64,000 nt of DNA, from assembly GCF_004010195.1 (NCBI RefSeq), contig NC_057750.1:18799860-18863859 (forward strand). Reading direction: 5' to 3'. This document shows, one piece after another, positions 1 through 14,109 of the stretch. The notes under the pieces are model-generated. The model was not told the origin of the DNA and made no database searches. It saw nothing but the letters and a program-made list of their open reading frames with translations. Position numbers and translations under genes: made by a program. This DNA comes from Chiloscyllium plagiosum. Taxonomy: Eukaryota. Position 1 is the stretch's first letter, and each line of letters opens with the position of its first letter.

Positions 1-19
1 ATGTTTCTCCTCCTCTTCC

Positions 20-745
20 TGTTTCCTGTTTCCTCTGCCTCTATCTGTCCATTAAAAAACCTTTGTTTTTGTGAGAATGAGTTCCTTTCTTTGTTTCTCT
101 CAAGGGCACATCCTCTTCATTTTGTTGCCATTCATTCATGGTGACTCTCGTGTTCACTTTATTTCCTGTTTCCTCTGCCTCTATCTGTCCATTAAAAAAC
201 CTTTGTTTTTGTGAGAATGAGTTCCTTTCTTTGTTTCTCTCAAGGGCACATCCTCTTCATTTTTCTGCCATTCATTCTGTGTCATTCACGGTGACTCTAG
301 TGTTCACTTTATTGAACGATATAATTCTGTTTGTCACATCTGTCTCCTTATTGTTCTTTCTTTGCATGCTTCTTTCTTTCAGTCTCTTTCTTGGAATTTC
401 CATCTCACTGTTTTCTTATCTGAACATCTCTCTGAGTCATTGTTTTGCTTTATTTTTATTTTCTCCCTATTTATTTACCTGTGTTTGTATATGTCACTGT
501 CTTAAAAATTCTCCCCCTTTGTGCCTTTGTTTTTGCTTCAGTCTCTTGTTTCCTTCTCTGTTCAGTCTCTTTCTTGGAATTTCCATCTCGCTGTTTTCTT
601 ATCTGAACATCTCTCTGCGTCATTGTTTTGCTCTATTTTTATTTTCTCCCTATTTATTTACCTGTGTTTGTATATGTCACTGTCTTAAAAATTCTCCACC
701 CGTGTGCCTTTGTTTTTGCTTCAGTCTCTTGTTTATTTCTCTGTT
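20..745. repeat. Two local tandem duplications (about 140 bp and about 190 bp) in pyrimidine-rich sequence
   Basis: About 22-160 recurs at about 162-310, and about 378-560 recurs at about 561-745, nearly identically. Confidence 0.8.
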
Positions 746-1179
746 CGTCTTTCCACATCATTTTTCCTAAACCTGTCCTTGTTACTTTGTTACACATTGA
801 GGAGATGTGCAAATTCAGAGATTGCCAATGCAGGGCCTTAGTTGTTTCCCCTGTCTCAATTTGCTATTGCATCCTAATGGGGTATGAAAACCTGGAGAGA
901 TTTCAGCTGTGGGAATAGTGCATTGATGTTGATATCACATTTGAGCAAAATGTCTGCATATGACTCGCAACTTTACTTTTCACACCTCAATGGTGATAGT
1001 GACAATGTAAGTCAGATTCTGGGGATCTATAAAGTGTTTTTGGTCATAAGGCAATGCCTAACATGCCTCAAGTTGCAACTTCTTGCAGCTACCTGAGTCA
1101 CAACAATAACCTGCACTTATATAGCACCACATCCTATATATTTCCCTGAAACATAAAATAATATAAAGTGAGCCCACAG

Positions 1180-1495
1180 CCTAAGTGATACTGTCACTAG
1201 ACCATTGATCCAGAAACCCAGGTAATATTCGCTGGACCTGGGTTCAAGTCCTGACATGGCAGACAGTGGAATTTAAGTTAAAAATCTGGGTTTAAAAGTT
1301 TAACAATGATCATGCCAATTGTCAGGAGGGGAAAGCAAAACATTTGATTTACTGCAAACTATTAGGGAAGGAAGCTACTGTCTTTAGCCAAAATGTAACT
1401 TCAGATGCACAATAATGTGGTTGACTCTTAATTACTCTGGGTAATTAAGAATGGATAATAACTGCTGACACCCACACATCATGAATGAATTATTT
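1180..1495 (+). mobile_element. Degenerate tRNA-derived SINE
   Basis: B-box-like GGGTTCAAGTCC at about 1240 and a 3' tail ending ATGAATGAAT, resembling common shark SINEs. Confidence 0.5.
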
Positions 1496-1669
1496 TCAAA
1501 ATTCCAATGCTCCAGATAAGTTGGAATTTCCTCTCAGCATCGATCTTGTTAAAGGTCTTGAAAGTTGTAGTCCCTTCAATGAGGTCACTCTCATTCTTCA
1601 AAATTGTAGAGGTAACCAATGGTAGAAATAACCATTAGATAAAATGCAACTGTGCCGTTAGAATATAAA

Positions 1670-3410
1670 ATATGGAAGAGCATAGCATAGGAACAATGTT
1701 GTGCCAAACATAACGCCAAATTAAACTAATTTCTTCTGTTTGCCCTTGGTCCAGATCCCTTCATTCCTTGCATATTCATATGCTTCTTTAAAAGACCCTT
1801 AAATGGTCCTATTGTATTTGCTTCCAACACACCCCTGGCAGCACATTCCATACTCTTACCACCCTCTGCATAAAAGAGACTTGCCCCTCACATCTCCTTT
1901 CTTAGGAACTTACTCCCCTTACCTTAAAAGAATGCCCCCTGGTATTAATATTCCAAATTTGGGAGAAAGATTCTGACTGTCAACCCTATAATCACAGAGT
2001 CCCTACAGTGTGGAAGCAGGCCATTATGCCCAACATGTCTACACTGACCCTTCAAACAGTATCCCACCCAGACCTATACTCCCATCCTATTACTCTACGT
2101 TTCCCCTGACTAATGCCACTAACTTACACATCCCTGAACATTGTGGGCAATTTAGAATGGCCAATGCACCTAACGTGCACATATTTGGACAGTAGGAGGA
2201 CTGGAATTGAAGCTGGGTCCCTGGCTCTGTGGTGCACAGTGTTAACCACTCAACAACCATGCAGCCCACAGTATGTCTCTCACAATTTATATACATCTCT
2301 CACAATTTTATAAACTATGATCAGGTCTCCCTCCAGCCTCCGCTGCTCCAGAGAAAACAACCCTAGTTTTTCCAGCCTCTCCTTATAGCTCGACTCCAGA
2401 CAGGATCCTGGTATACCTCATCTGCATCTCTCCAAATGCTCCTGTAATGTGACAACCAGAATTGAATGTATTATCTTAAGTAGGTCCGATAAACATTTAG
2501 AAAGCTGCAACATCACTTCCTGACTTTTGTACTCAATGTCCCAACCAATAAGGACAAGAATGCCATACACTTTCTTTACCACCCTATCCACTTGTATGGC
2601 CATTATCATGGAGCTGTGGACTTGAACCCCAAAATTCCTATATATATCAATGCTGTTCAGGGTCTTGCCATTAACTGTATACTTTCCCTTAACACCTCAC
2701 ACTTACCTGGATTAAGCTCCATCTGCCAATTCCCCTCCCCCTTATCTGCAACTGATCGATATCCCACTGTATCCTTTGACAGCCTTCAACCTTATCCACA
2801 ACTCCCAAGATCTTTATGTCACTGGCAAACTTCCTAACCCACTCATCTACATTTTCATGTAAGTTATTTATATAAATCATGAACAGCAGAAGTCCCAGTA
2901 TAGATCCCTGCAGGACACCAATATTCATGGACCTCCAGGCAGAAAAGTGCCTTTCACCACTGGCTTCTATGGCAAAGCAATTTCTGAATCCAAATCGCCA
3001 AGTTACCATGGATCACATACAACTTATTGTTCTAGATGAGCCTTCCCTGAGGGACCTTGGTGAAAGTCTTACTAAAATCCATGTAGAACAACATGTTCTA
3101 CCCTCATGAATTGCCCTCATACAATCCTCAAAAACATGAAGCAAGTTCATAAGGCATGACCTGCCCCACACACCAAAGCTATACCAACTGTCCCAAATCT
3201 ATGAAACTTCTATGCCTAAGAGTTCTCTCCAACAGGTTCCCAACTGATGTGAAAATCACTGTCCATAGTTTCCTGGGTTATCCCTATTTTCCTTCTTGCA
3301 CCGAGGAACAACATTAGCTACTGACCAGTCCTCATGGACCTCTCCAGTGGCTAGTAAGGATACAAAGATCTTGATCAAGGCCCCAGCAATCTTCCCTCTT
3401 GCCTCTCTCA
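1670..3410 (-). mobile_element. CR1-type LINE, 3' part of ORF2 (RT), degenerate
   Basis: ORFs 2689-3009 (GVLQGSILGLLLFMIYINNL...KFASDIK) and 2418-2609 match CR1 RT motifs. Confidence 0.85.
1995..2270 (-). mobile_element. HE1-like V-SINE inserted in CR1
   Basis: Reverse complement resembles the 6552-6880 SINE. Confidence 0.75.
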
Positions 3411-4029
3411 TCTATCCTAAATATGTAATGGCAGGGCATTTCAAATACAAAATATAATCAAGCAGAGTCAGCATGATTTCATGAAGGGGAATTCATACCT
3501 GCCAAATGTATTGTCATTCTTTGAGTAGATAAGAAGCAGGATAGATAAAGAGGAAACAGTAAGTATGATACAATTTGATATTAAAAGGGCATTTCAAACA
3601 TGCCACATCTCAACGGAAAAAGTGAGGACTGCAGATGCTGGGGAGTCTGAGTCAAAAAATGTGGCACTGGAAAAAGCACAGCAGGTCAGGTAGTATCTGA
3701 GGAGCAGGACAGTTGACATATTAGGCATAAGCCCTTCATCCCTGATCTCAAGGGAGTAAGGTAAGACTGGAGAGCCTCTATTTTAACACAAAAATACATT
3801 ATAGATAAGGCAGATGGGTTAAGGGTATGGATTGACACATGGAATAGTGATGTTGCTGCCCTTGCAGAGACATGATTGAGGGAGGGACAGGTCGAGCAAC
3901 TCAACATTCCATTGTATACGATCTTTACAAGTGACTCGAAGGTGTGTAAAAGGAAAGGTGGTGTCATATTACTAATTAAGGTATTAGTCACTACAATAAA
4001 GAGGGATGCTATCTTGCAAGGGTGAAGAT

Positions 4030-5030
4030 TAGAGAGGTGCTGGTAAAGCACATCAGGTCAGGCAGCATCTGAGGAGCAGGAAAATTGATGTTTCAGCCAA
4101 AAGCCCTTCATCAGGAATGAGGCAGGGAACCTCCGGGGTGGAGAGATAAATGGGAGGGGGTGGGGGCTGGAGAGATGGTAGCTNNNNNNNNNNNNNNNNN
4201 NNNNNNNNNNNNNNNNNNNNNNNNNNNNNNNNNNNNNNNNNNNNNNNNNNNNNNNNNNNNNNNNNNNNNNNNNNNNNNNNNNNNNNNNNNNNNNNNNNNN
4301 NNNNNNNNNNNNNNNNNNNNNNNNNNNNNNNNNNNNNNNNNNNNNNNNNNNNNNNNNNNNNNNNNNNNNNNNNNNNNNNNNNNNNNNNNNNNNNNNNNNN
4401 NNNNNNNNNNNNNNNNNNNNNNNNNNNNNNNNNNNNNNNNNNNNNNNNNNNNNNNNNNNNNNNNNNNNNNNNNNNNNNNNNNNNNNNNNNNNNNNNNNNN
4501 NNNNNNNNNNNNNNNNNNNNNNNNNNNNNNNNNNNNNNNNNNNNNNNNNNNNNNNNNNNNNNNNNNNNNNNNNNNNNNNNNNNNNNNNNNNNNNNNNNNN
4601 NNNNNNNNNNNNNNNNNNNNNNNNNNNNNNNNNNNNNNNNNNNNNNNNNNNNNNNNNNNNNNNNNNNNNNNNNNNNNNNNNNNNNNNNNNNNNNNNNNNN
4701 NNNNNNNNNNNNNNNNNNNNNNNNNNNNNNNNNNNNNNNNNNNNNNNNNNNNNNNNNNNNNNNNNNNNNNNNNNNNNNNNNNNNNNNNNNNNNNNNNNNN
4801 NNNNNNNNGTGGATGAGATGCATTGAAGGGCATCTTCAATCATGTGGGAAGGGAAATTATGGTCTTTAAAGAAGGACGCCATCTGGTGTGTTCTGTGGTG
4901 GAACTGGTCCTCCTGGGAGCAGATACAGCGGAGGTGAAGGAGTTGGGAATTCGGGATAACATTTTTGCAGGAAGTAGAATGGGTAGAGGTGTAATCCAGG
5001 TAACTGTGGGAGTTGGTTGGTTTGTAAAAA
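4030..5030 (-). mobile_element. Penelope-like element fragment spanning an N-gap, with terminal repeat
   Basis: MASFFKDHNFPSHMIEDALQCISS is a PLE RT C-terminal-like peptide. The terminal repeat carries CTGATGA-AGGGCTTTTGGCT-GAAAC at 4117-4084. Confidence 0.65.
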
Positions 5031-5169
5031 AATGCCTTGCAAGGCTTTGTGGGAAGAGATTAGGAATAATAAGCGAGAAACTCAATCTATTAGGAGTGTC
5101 CTTTCTTCCAAACCCCCAATTAGTTAGCAGACAATTGAGTAGTTTCTGGCCAATTCACTGATTTGCATT

Positions 5170-7230
5170 TAAATAGTAACATGGCAATTATGTCATGATT
5201 ACCCCAGTATCACTTGGGATAATCGTAGTATAAAGAACGTAGAGAGGGCAGACTTCTTGCAATGTATCCAGGAGAGTCTTTCAAATCAACATGAAGGTGG
5301 TTCTCCAAGGGACAGTGCAATGCTGGCCCTAATTCTTGGAGCAAAGCTGAATTGGTGTTTGAAGTGTCAGTTCGGGAGCATTTTAGTGACAGCAACCACA
5401 GCACCGTACATATTAAGTTTGTTATGAAAAAAGATTTTTTTAAAAACTGTAAAAGAAATATTTTGGTTTGTGGAATTGGATTGGGGAATATTTTAGTAAA
5501 ATAAGGCAGGATCTGGTCAAAATAGACTGTGAACAGCTACTTGAGGGAGAATGTACAGTGATAGACAAGCAAAAAAGATGCAGGGGAAAGTATAGGCCCA
5601 ACATGTTGCTTTTAGGGTGAAAGGTGGGAGCAAAATGCCCAGAGAACCCGATGTAACTGAAAGCACGTCTATGAAAAAAAATGCCGATGTAACTGGTCGA
5701 AATACAACAATTTCGTGGCATTCTGGAACTTCCCAGTTCTGAGGAAGAGTCATTGGATCCAAAAAGTTAATTAATTTATCTTCACTGATGCTAACAGTCC
5801 TGCTGGTCCTTTCCAGCAATTTCTGTTTTTGATTCTGTTTGAAATCAATCGAAACCCTACAGGAGAATAGAAAGTGTAGGGGACAGTGCTGAAAGCAATT
5901 AGGAAACCAAAAAGAAACATAAAAAGCACCAACAGACAAGATTAAAGAGAATCCCAAGATATTCTACAAGTCTTTAAAGGAGAAGAGAATAACTAAGGAA
6001 AGCATTGGATTACTTGGGGGCGAGTGTGGAGATCTGTGCATGGACCCAGAGGAGATTTGTAGAGTGTTAAACAAATGCTTTATTCAAGAGCAAGCAGACT
6101 TAGGCACTGAATTCTGGAAGATGGACTATGAGGTTCTTGAACAGATTGGTATGGGAGTTGAGGAGATACTGAAGGTTTCTGAAAGGGGAACAAATCCCTA
6201 GGTCCAGTTGAGTTGTACTTCAGGCAGCTGGGGAAGCCAAGAGAGGAATCACAAGGGCCTTGACCAAATTTTTGTTTTTTTTTTGCTATGGTGGTGAGGT
6301 GCTAGAAATAGGAGGACAATGTTTTCACTTTTCAAAAGTGATTTTTGAGATAGACCAGGACACGAATAGATCAATGAGTCTCATCTTAGTAGTAGTGAAA
6401 CTTTTGGAGCACATTCTGAAGGAGAAAATTAATCTCAATTTATGTTTTCAAGGTTTGATCAGGTGAACAACAGCATGGTGTTCTCACAGGGAAGTCATGC
6501 CGTAACAAATCTGGTTGAATTTTCAAGGAGGTGATCAAGTATTTGTATAATGGGCGGCACGGTGGCACAGTGGTTAGCACTGCTGCCTCACAGCGCCAGA
6601 GACCTGGGTTCAATTCCCATCTCAGGAAACTGACTGTGTGGAGTTTGCACGTTCTCCCCGTGTCTGCGTGGGTTTTCTCCGGGTGCTCCGGTTTCCTCCC
6701 ACAGTCCAAAGATGTGCAGGTCAGGTGATTTGGCCATGCTAAATTGCCCGTAGTGATAGGTAAGGGGTAAATGTAGGGGTCTGGGTGGGTTACGCTTTGG
6801 CGGGTCGGTGTGGACTTGTTGGGCCGAAGGGCCTGTTTCCACACTGTAATGTAATCTAATATAATGTAATGTAATGTAAAGTGTGTAGATGAAGACATGG
6901 CAGGATGCAGTTTGTATAGTTTATACAGGATTTCAGTTAAGCCTTCAACAAGGCCTCATATGGGAGACTAATAAAGAAGATAAAGGCACATGTGATCCAG
7001 AGTAACATGGCAAGTTATATCCAAAATTGGTTTAGTGGCAGGATATAGAAGGTGGTGATAAAAAGGCTGTTTGTATGACTGTAGGCTGGTGTCCAGTGGT
7101 GTACCCTCACTGTTCATGTTATGTATATATAAGTGATGTAGATGAGAATGTGGGGGAATGATAAGTAAGTTTGCGTACGACTCAAAGACTGGCCAGGTGG
7201 TTCGCAGTGAGAAAGAAGGCCTTAGGTTAT
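5170..7230 (+). mobile_element. Degenerate CR1 LINE ORF2
   Basis: Fragments such as DKIKENPKIFYKS, SLILVVVKLLEHILKEKI, GKSC and KFAYDSK. Confidence 0.75.
6552..6880 (+). mobile_element. HE1 SINE (elasmobranch V-SINE), near full length
   Basis: tRNA-derived head GGTGGCACAGTGGTTAGCACTGCTGCCTCACAGCGCCAGAGACCTGGGTTCAATTCCC (A and B boxes), V-domain-like core, and (TGTAA)n tail. Confidence 0.9.
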
Positions 7231-7461
7231 TGTCAGAGTAGCAGCAAGAGAGAAGCAGAGCAAAGTGATGGATGTGGCAGTGGACATTCCAGGTAGAAGC
7301 TTGAGGAGCATAGCCTTGATCAAACTTTGCAGTGGGAGAGGAGTGGAATGGAGGAACCTAGGGGTGAATAGCAGCAATGGAATTACCAAATAAAAGCCTG
7401 AAGTGTAGGGCCAAATCAAGTTCAGCCCGAGCAGCAATGAGTGAACATAGAACATAGAACA

Positions 7462-7600
7462 TTAGGGAATCTGGAGTCAGGCAGGGCTGCCCACTCTCTC
7501 CTGCCTTGCTTGTGTGCTGTACAGAGCCATTTGCTGAGTCCATCAGGAAGGATGCAAGACTGAAAGGGGTGGCTATTCCTGCCATTGGGGGTCTACAGTT
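7462..7600 (+). mobile_element. Tx1-like LINE RT, left piece (continues at 15781/16028)
   Basis: Translates SGVRQGCPLSPALLVCCTEPFAESIRKDARLKGVAIPAIGG. Confidence 0.8.
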
Positions 7601-9659
7601 TTTTTTAGTAAATATTTTTATTAAAAGCTTTCTGACATCTTTTACAAAACTACCATAAATATTAAAAAAAACAAAATACAAAACAATTGAGGTAGTACAA
7701 CAATATCATATCACATTACTATTAGTGATAAACTACCTACTATTCCACCAGAACAAACATATCTACAATCAATTCAATAAAAATTAAGTTAAACTGAATT
7801 CAAATTAGCTTAAGTTAAATTTTAACACTTTATTATTTTTCACTCACTGCACCTCCACTAAAGCTCTCACCCCAGACATTGCATCCACAATTTTTCCTCC
7901 AGCTTCTGCCTCTCAGGCCCCACGGGTACCATAACTTATTCCCACAGGTATATCACAGACCTAATTAATATTGACAACAAGTCTGCCTCAGTATAATATA
8001 AAAAGGGCAGCCATGCCTTATAAAACTTCTGTTTTATGGTCATAGAGTCATAAAGATGTACAGCATAGAAACAGATTCTTCGGTCCAACCTGTCCATGGC
8101 AACCAGATACCCCAACCCAATCCATATCCCTCCAAACCCTTCCTAATCATATATCCATCCAAGTGCCTCCACCACATCCTCTGGCAGCTCATTCCATACA
8201 CATACCACGCTCTACGTGAAAAGTTTCCCGCTTAGATCTCTTCTGTATCTTTCCCCTCTCACCTTAAACCTATGCCCTCTAGTTCTGAACTCCCTGACTC
8301 CAGGGAAAAGACTTTGTCTAATTATTCTATCCATGCCCCTCATAATTTTGTAAACATCAATAAGGTCACCACTCAGCCTCCGATGCTCCAGGGAAACCAG
8401 CCCCAGCCTGTTTAGCCTTTCCCTATAGCTCAAATCCTCCAACCCTGGCAACATCCTTGTAAATATTTTCTGAATCATTTCAAGTTTCACAACATCTTTC
8501 CAATAGGAAGGAGACCAGAATTGCATACAATATTCCAACAGTGGCCTAAGCAATGTCCTGTACAGCTGCAACATGACCTCCCAACTCCTGTACTCAGTAC
8601 TCTGACCAATAAAGGAAAGCATATCAAAAGCCTTCTTCATTATCCTATCTACCTGTGACTCCACTTTCAAGGAGCTATGAACCTGCACTCCAAGGTCTCT
8701 TTGTTCAGCAACACTCTCTAGGACCTTACCATTGTGTATAAGTCCGACTAAGATTTGCTTTCCCAAAGTGCAGCACCTCGCATTTATCTGAATTAAACTC
8801 CATCTGCCACTTCTCAGCCTATTGGCCCATCTGGTCCAGATCTGTTGTAATCTGAGGTAAACCTCTGCGCTGTTCACTACACCTCCAATTTTGGTGTCAT
8901 CTGCAAACTTACTAACTGTACCTCTGATGCCCGCATCCAAATTATTTATGTAAATGATAAAAAGTAGAGGACCTAGCACCGATCCTTGTGACACTCTACT
9001 GGTCACAGGCCTCCAGTCTGAAAAACAACCCTCCACCACCACCCTCTGTCTTCTACCTTTGAGCCAGTTCTGTATCCAAATGGCTAGTTATCCCTGTATT
9101 CCATGAGATCTAACCTTGCTAATCAGTCTCCTATGGGGAACCTTGTCGAATGCCTTACTGAAGTCCATACAGATCACATCTATTGCTCTGCCCTCATCAA
9201 TCTTCTTTGTTACTTCTTCAAAAAACTCAATCAAGTTTGTGAGACATGATTTCCCATGCACAAAACCATGTTGACTATCCCGAATCAGTCCTTGCCTTTC
9301 CAAACACATGTACCTCCTGTCCCTCAGAATTCCCTCCAACAGCTTGCCCACCACCGAGGTCAGGCTCACTGGTCTCTAGTTCCTTGGCTTGCCTTTACAG
9401 CCCTTCTTAAACAGTGGCTTCACGTTTGCCAACCTCCAGTCTTCCGGCACCTCACCTGTTACTATCGATGATACAAAGATCTCAGCAAGAGGCCCAGCAA
9501 TCACTTCTCCAGCTTCCCACAGAGATCTCGGGTACACCTGATCAGGTCCTGGGGACTTATCCACCTTTAACCGTTTCAAGACATCCAGCACTTCCTCCTC
9601 TGTAATCTGGACATTTTGCAAGATGTCACCATCTGTTTCCTTACAGTCTATATATATAT

Positions 9660-9983
9660 TATATATATATTAGATTATATATTACTTACAGTGCGGAAAC
9701 AGGCCCTTCGGCCCAACAAGTCCACACCGACCCACTGATGCGCACCCACCCAGACCCATTCCCCTACATTTACCCCTGCATCTAACACCACAGGGAATTT
9801 AGCATGGCCAATTAATCTAACCTGGACATTTTTTGACTGTGGGAGGAAACTGGAGCATCCGGAGGAAACCCGAGCAGACACGGGTAGAATGTGCCAACTC
9901 CACACAGAGATTCGCCTGAGGCAGGAATTGAATCCCGGTCTCTGGCGCTGTGAGGCAGCCGTGCTAACCACTGTGCCACCCAC
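9660..9983 (-). mobile_element. HE1 SINE inside CR1
   Basis: Reverse complement of the HE1 head and body, with an AT-rich tail. Confidence 0.88.
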
Positions 9984-10312
9984 AATCTTCCATATCTTTT
10001 TCCACAGTAAATATTGTTGCAAAGTATTCATTTAGTATCTCCCCCATTTTCTGTGGCTCCACACAAAGGACACCTTGCTGATTTTTGTGGGGCCCTATTC
10101 TCTCCCGAGTTACCCTTTTGTTCTTAACATATTTGTAAAAACTCTTTGGATTCTCTTTAATTCTATTTGCCAAAGCTATCATGTCCCCTTTTTGCCCTCC
10201 TGATTTTCTTCTTAAGTATACTTCAACTTCCTGTATACTCTTTTAAGGATTCATTCGATCTACTTTACATATTCTTCCTTCTTTTTCTCAACCAAACCCT
10301 CAATTTCTTTAG

Positions 10313-10469
10313 GAGAAAGTGAGGACTACAGATGCTGGAGACCAGAGTTGAAAAGTGTGGTGCTGGAAAAGTGCAGCAGGCCAGGCAGCATCCGAGGAAC
10401 ATCTGCAGTCCTCACTTTCTCCTTGCTCCTTGGATGCTGCCTGGCCTATTGCTAAAAGATTCTCCTGCT
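10313..10469. mobile_element. Short rearranged Penelope-terminal-repeat insertion with 15-bp TSD
   Basis: GAGAAAGTGAGGACT...GCAGCATC unit plus inverted pieces. CCTCAATTTCTTTAG occurs at both 10298-10312 and 10470-10484. Confidence 0.75.
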
Positions 10470-12112
10470 CCTCAATTTCTTTAGTCATCCAGCATTCTCT
10501 ATCTGTCTTCCCTTTCACCCTGATAGCAATATATTTTCTCTGGATTCTTATTATCTCATTTCTGAAGACTTCCCATTTTCCAGCCGTCACTTTACCTGCG
10601 AACATCTGCCTCCAATCAGCTTTTGAAAGTTCTTGCCTAATATCGTCAAAATTGACCTTTCTCCAATTTAGAACTTCAAGTTTTAGATCTGGTCTATCCT
10701 TTTCCATCACTATTTGAAAACAAATGGAATTAAGGTCGCTGGCCCCAAAGTGCTCCCCCACTGACACCTCAGTCACCTGCCCTGCCTTATTTCCCAAGAG
10801 TAGGTCAAGTTTTGCATCTTCTCTAGTAGGAACATCCACATACAGAATCAGAAAAACACTTAAGAAATTCCTCTCCATCTAAACCTTTAACACTATGGCA
10901 GTCCCAGTTGATGTTAGGAAGTTAAAATCCCCTACCATAACTACCCTATTATTCTTACAGATAGCTGAGATCTCATTACAAGTTTGTTTCTCAATTTCCC
11001 TCTGACTATTGGGGGGTCTATAATACAATCCCAATAAGGTGATCATCCCTTTCTTCTTTCTCAGTTCCATCCTAATGTACTTCCTGTATGTATTTCCGGG
11101 AATATCCTCCCTCATCACAGCTGTAATGCTATCCCTTATCAAAAATGCCACTCCCTGTCCTCTCTTACCTCCCTTTCTATCTTTCCTGTAGCATTTGTAT
11201 CCTGGAACATTAAGCTGCCATTCCTGCCCATCCCTGAGCCATGTTTCTGCAATTTCTATGATATCCCAGTCCCATTTAAATGTGAACTGCATTCCATCCT
11301 TCAGATCCAGCACCTCCACTAATCCCCCCTACTGACATGGCTTCAGATTTTGTGAAGTTGATCCTGTATCCTGAAAAACTGCCAAATAAATTAATTTTTT
11401 GAATCAATCAAGGAACTGAATCCTCCAGATTGGCCAAGAACAAAAGGACATCATCAGCGTATAGGGTGATCTTGTGCTCCCCCACTCCCACCCTTGGCGT
11501 CACTATTTCAGGATCCCTCTTGTTAGCCTTGGATAATGGCTCAATTGCTAAACTAGTAACAGCAATGAGAAAGGACACCCCTGTCAACTACCTCTCCCAA
11601 TGCTACAGTTATTTGACATAGTGTCGTTTGTGATGACTGCCGCCTTTGGATCATTATATGACACAGACACCCACCTCACAAAAGCTCCCCCCAGACCAAT
11701 GCACTCTAGGACCCCAAACAGTCAAATATCTTATCAAATGTCTTTTCCCCATTGAAGAAGGCCGCCAAACCCAGGATTCACCTTTGCTGGCAAACCTGGA
11801 CTATGTTCAGTACCCTCCTGATGTTGTTGGAGGAGCTGTGGCCCTAATATAGGGCAATACTTCTTACAATCTCAGGGCCAGCACCTTTGACAGAATTCTA
11901 AAGTCTACATTCAACAACGAAATTGGTCTGTATGAAGCACATTCTTTGGTGTTTTTCTCCTTCTTTAAATGAGAGAGATATTAGTTTCCCTCCAAGAGGG
12001 TGGAAGACAATCCTGAGTATATGAAGAGCTATACATCCCCAAAAGTGCCTTCACCAATTCCTTATAAAACTCACTCAGGAATCCATTGACATGTTTTATT
12101 GCTTCCTATACC

Positions 12113-12280
12113 TCTGTATGGTCATAGGCGCATTTAACAGGGTGACCTGCTCTGTGTTTATACTGGGCTCTTGTATGGTCATAGGCGCATTTAACAGGGA
12201 GACCTGCTCCGTGTTTATACTGGGCTCTTGTATGGTCATAGGCGCATTTAACAGGGAGACCTGCTCCGTGTTTATACTGG
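12113..12280. repeat. About 3 copies of a tandem repeat (about 57 bp) within L1
   Basis: TGTATGGTCATAGGCGCATTTAACAGGG...TTTATACTGG is repeated three times. Confidence 0.9.
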
Positions 12281-14109
12281 CGGGATCCAGGTTTCCAAAA
12301 ATGACTGCATTCACATTGCACCGTGTTTGCTGCCCTCTGACCAGTATAACTCTGGAAAGTATTCCCTAAATCTAACATTGATCTTCTTCAACCAATGGGT
12401 AGCTGTGCCAGCCTTCTCTCTAACAGACATAATGGATTGGGAAGCATTTTTCTTTCTAACCAGATATGCAAGATTACTACCTAACTTATCTCCAAATTAA
12501 AACAATCGTTGTTCAGCAAAGGATACCTATTCTTTTGCCACCTGTGTGTGTGCAATGAGTCGAGAGCAGCCCAGAGAACTGTGATCCACTGCAGCTTGAC
12601 CAATGAAGGCCTATTATAATATGCTTCCTCAGCTACTTACAGCCGGGTCTCCAGAATCCATTACTACTCCTCCCTCTGCCTCCTTCTAGTCATTGAATAC
12701 AAAATGATCAGGCCTCGCAAATATGCCTTAGTGGACTCCCAACGTATTGTCGGATTACTGGCCATACCCGAATTGATATTCCAGAAGGCCCTGAACTCAC
12801 TTGTAATGTACTCAAAAAAATTGCTATCCCTTGACAGGAATGGCCTATGCGCCAGTGCCGTGCATCCATTCCACCACCCTTGATTTTAACATCTAAATAC
12901 ACTGACGTATGGTCCGAGATAGTTATAACCCCAATTTTGCAAGCCAAAGTTCTGTCCAAACAAACTGACAGCATAAGGAACATTTCAATTCACGTGTGGC
13001 ACTTGTGTAGATAGGAAAAAAAAGTTAAATCTCTTCTATTAGGGTGCAGATACTTCCACACATCCATTAATCCCAAAACCTCACACAAGTTCACCAACTG
13101 TCTAGATTGCACAGGCATATCTGCCGGCTCCCTTGGCATCCTGTCTACCCCGCGATCCATTAGGCAGTTAAAGTCCCCTCCTATGATTGTGCGGCATTCC
13201 CCCAGATTCATTAATGTAGCAACTGCATTAATTAGAAATTTAAGAGGGTGTGCAGAGGGACAATAAACATTCCGGATGCCATGCATTAGAGCTTTAAGAA
13301 TGATGAACCATCTATGTTTGTCTTTAATTAAACAGTTGCCTGGAATGGGAGGTTCCTTCTTACCCGTATAGGCTCTTCTCCACTCTTGGAACTAAAAGAG
13401 GAGAAGAATACCCTCTTCTAGGCCTCCTGCTGCAGCTTCAGATGTTCCTTATCAGTTAAATGTGTCTCCTGCAGCAGAGCGATGTCGACTCTTTTCTTCC
13501 TAAGCCTTGACAGCTCCTTTTTTCTTTCAATGGGGATATTGCTCCCTTTTACATGCCAGGTTGCACCACCTGAACAAATCACTAGCCATGGTCATCCAGG
13601 GCAGCCCATGGTTTCCCAAGAGAAGGAGGCTTATTTGAGGTGCGGCGAGTAAAAAAGACACTAGCTCTATAAAGTCTAAAAACTACTCCCATGAAGAAAC
13701 AACTGCCACTAAAAAACTAACCATTACATTTAACTTAAACCAACACTCAAATAAACTCCAATTCACTACAGATCTCCAACCTTGCCCTGAAGGGGCAATC
13801 CTCCTAATCTTTGCAACCATCCTGGCTCCTTCCAGCTGAGGCCACTCCGTAGCCCCAGGCAATGCACAGATAAAGAAAGTGTGTCATTTACATTCTGAGA
13901 GTTAACAATGGGCGCCCAACCAATCCCCTCCACACCTCTTCTCCATACATCTTAACCACAGACATAGCTACCCCCAAACCAAAAAAAAAGGACAGCAGCA
14001 AAAAAAACCCCAAACAATAAACAACTGAAATGGTAAATAAATCAGGTTTTACAGCAAGACAGTACAAAAGCTATAAAATGAATAAGCACAAATAAGGGAG
14101 AGAGAAGAA

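Larger units (their letters stand above)
8040..11277 (-). mobile_element. CR1 LINE, most of ORF2 (endonuclease and RT), frameshifted
   Basis: ORFs 10879-11319 (ETWL...YYRPP...GDFN), 10309-10878, 9376-9621 (KSPGPD), 9088-9369 (DFSKAFDKV) and 8212-9042 (QGSVLGP, KFADDTK). Confidence 0.92.

Noticed and set aside
138-770. 210-aa hydrophobic ORF
   Set aside because: It arises from T/C-rich low-complexity duplicated sequence and has no domain motifs.
4053-4882. Long ORFs across N-gaps (also 18335-19498, 39027-39361, 57628-58416)
   Set aside because: Artefacts of translating Ns.
6552-6625. tRNA-like sequence with A and B boxes
   Set aside because: It is the head of an HE1 SINE, not a tRNA gene.
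12113-12280. Regularly spaced repeats (CRISPR-like?)
   Set aside because: No unique spacers; this is a simple tandem repeat inside a eukaryotic L1.
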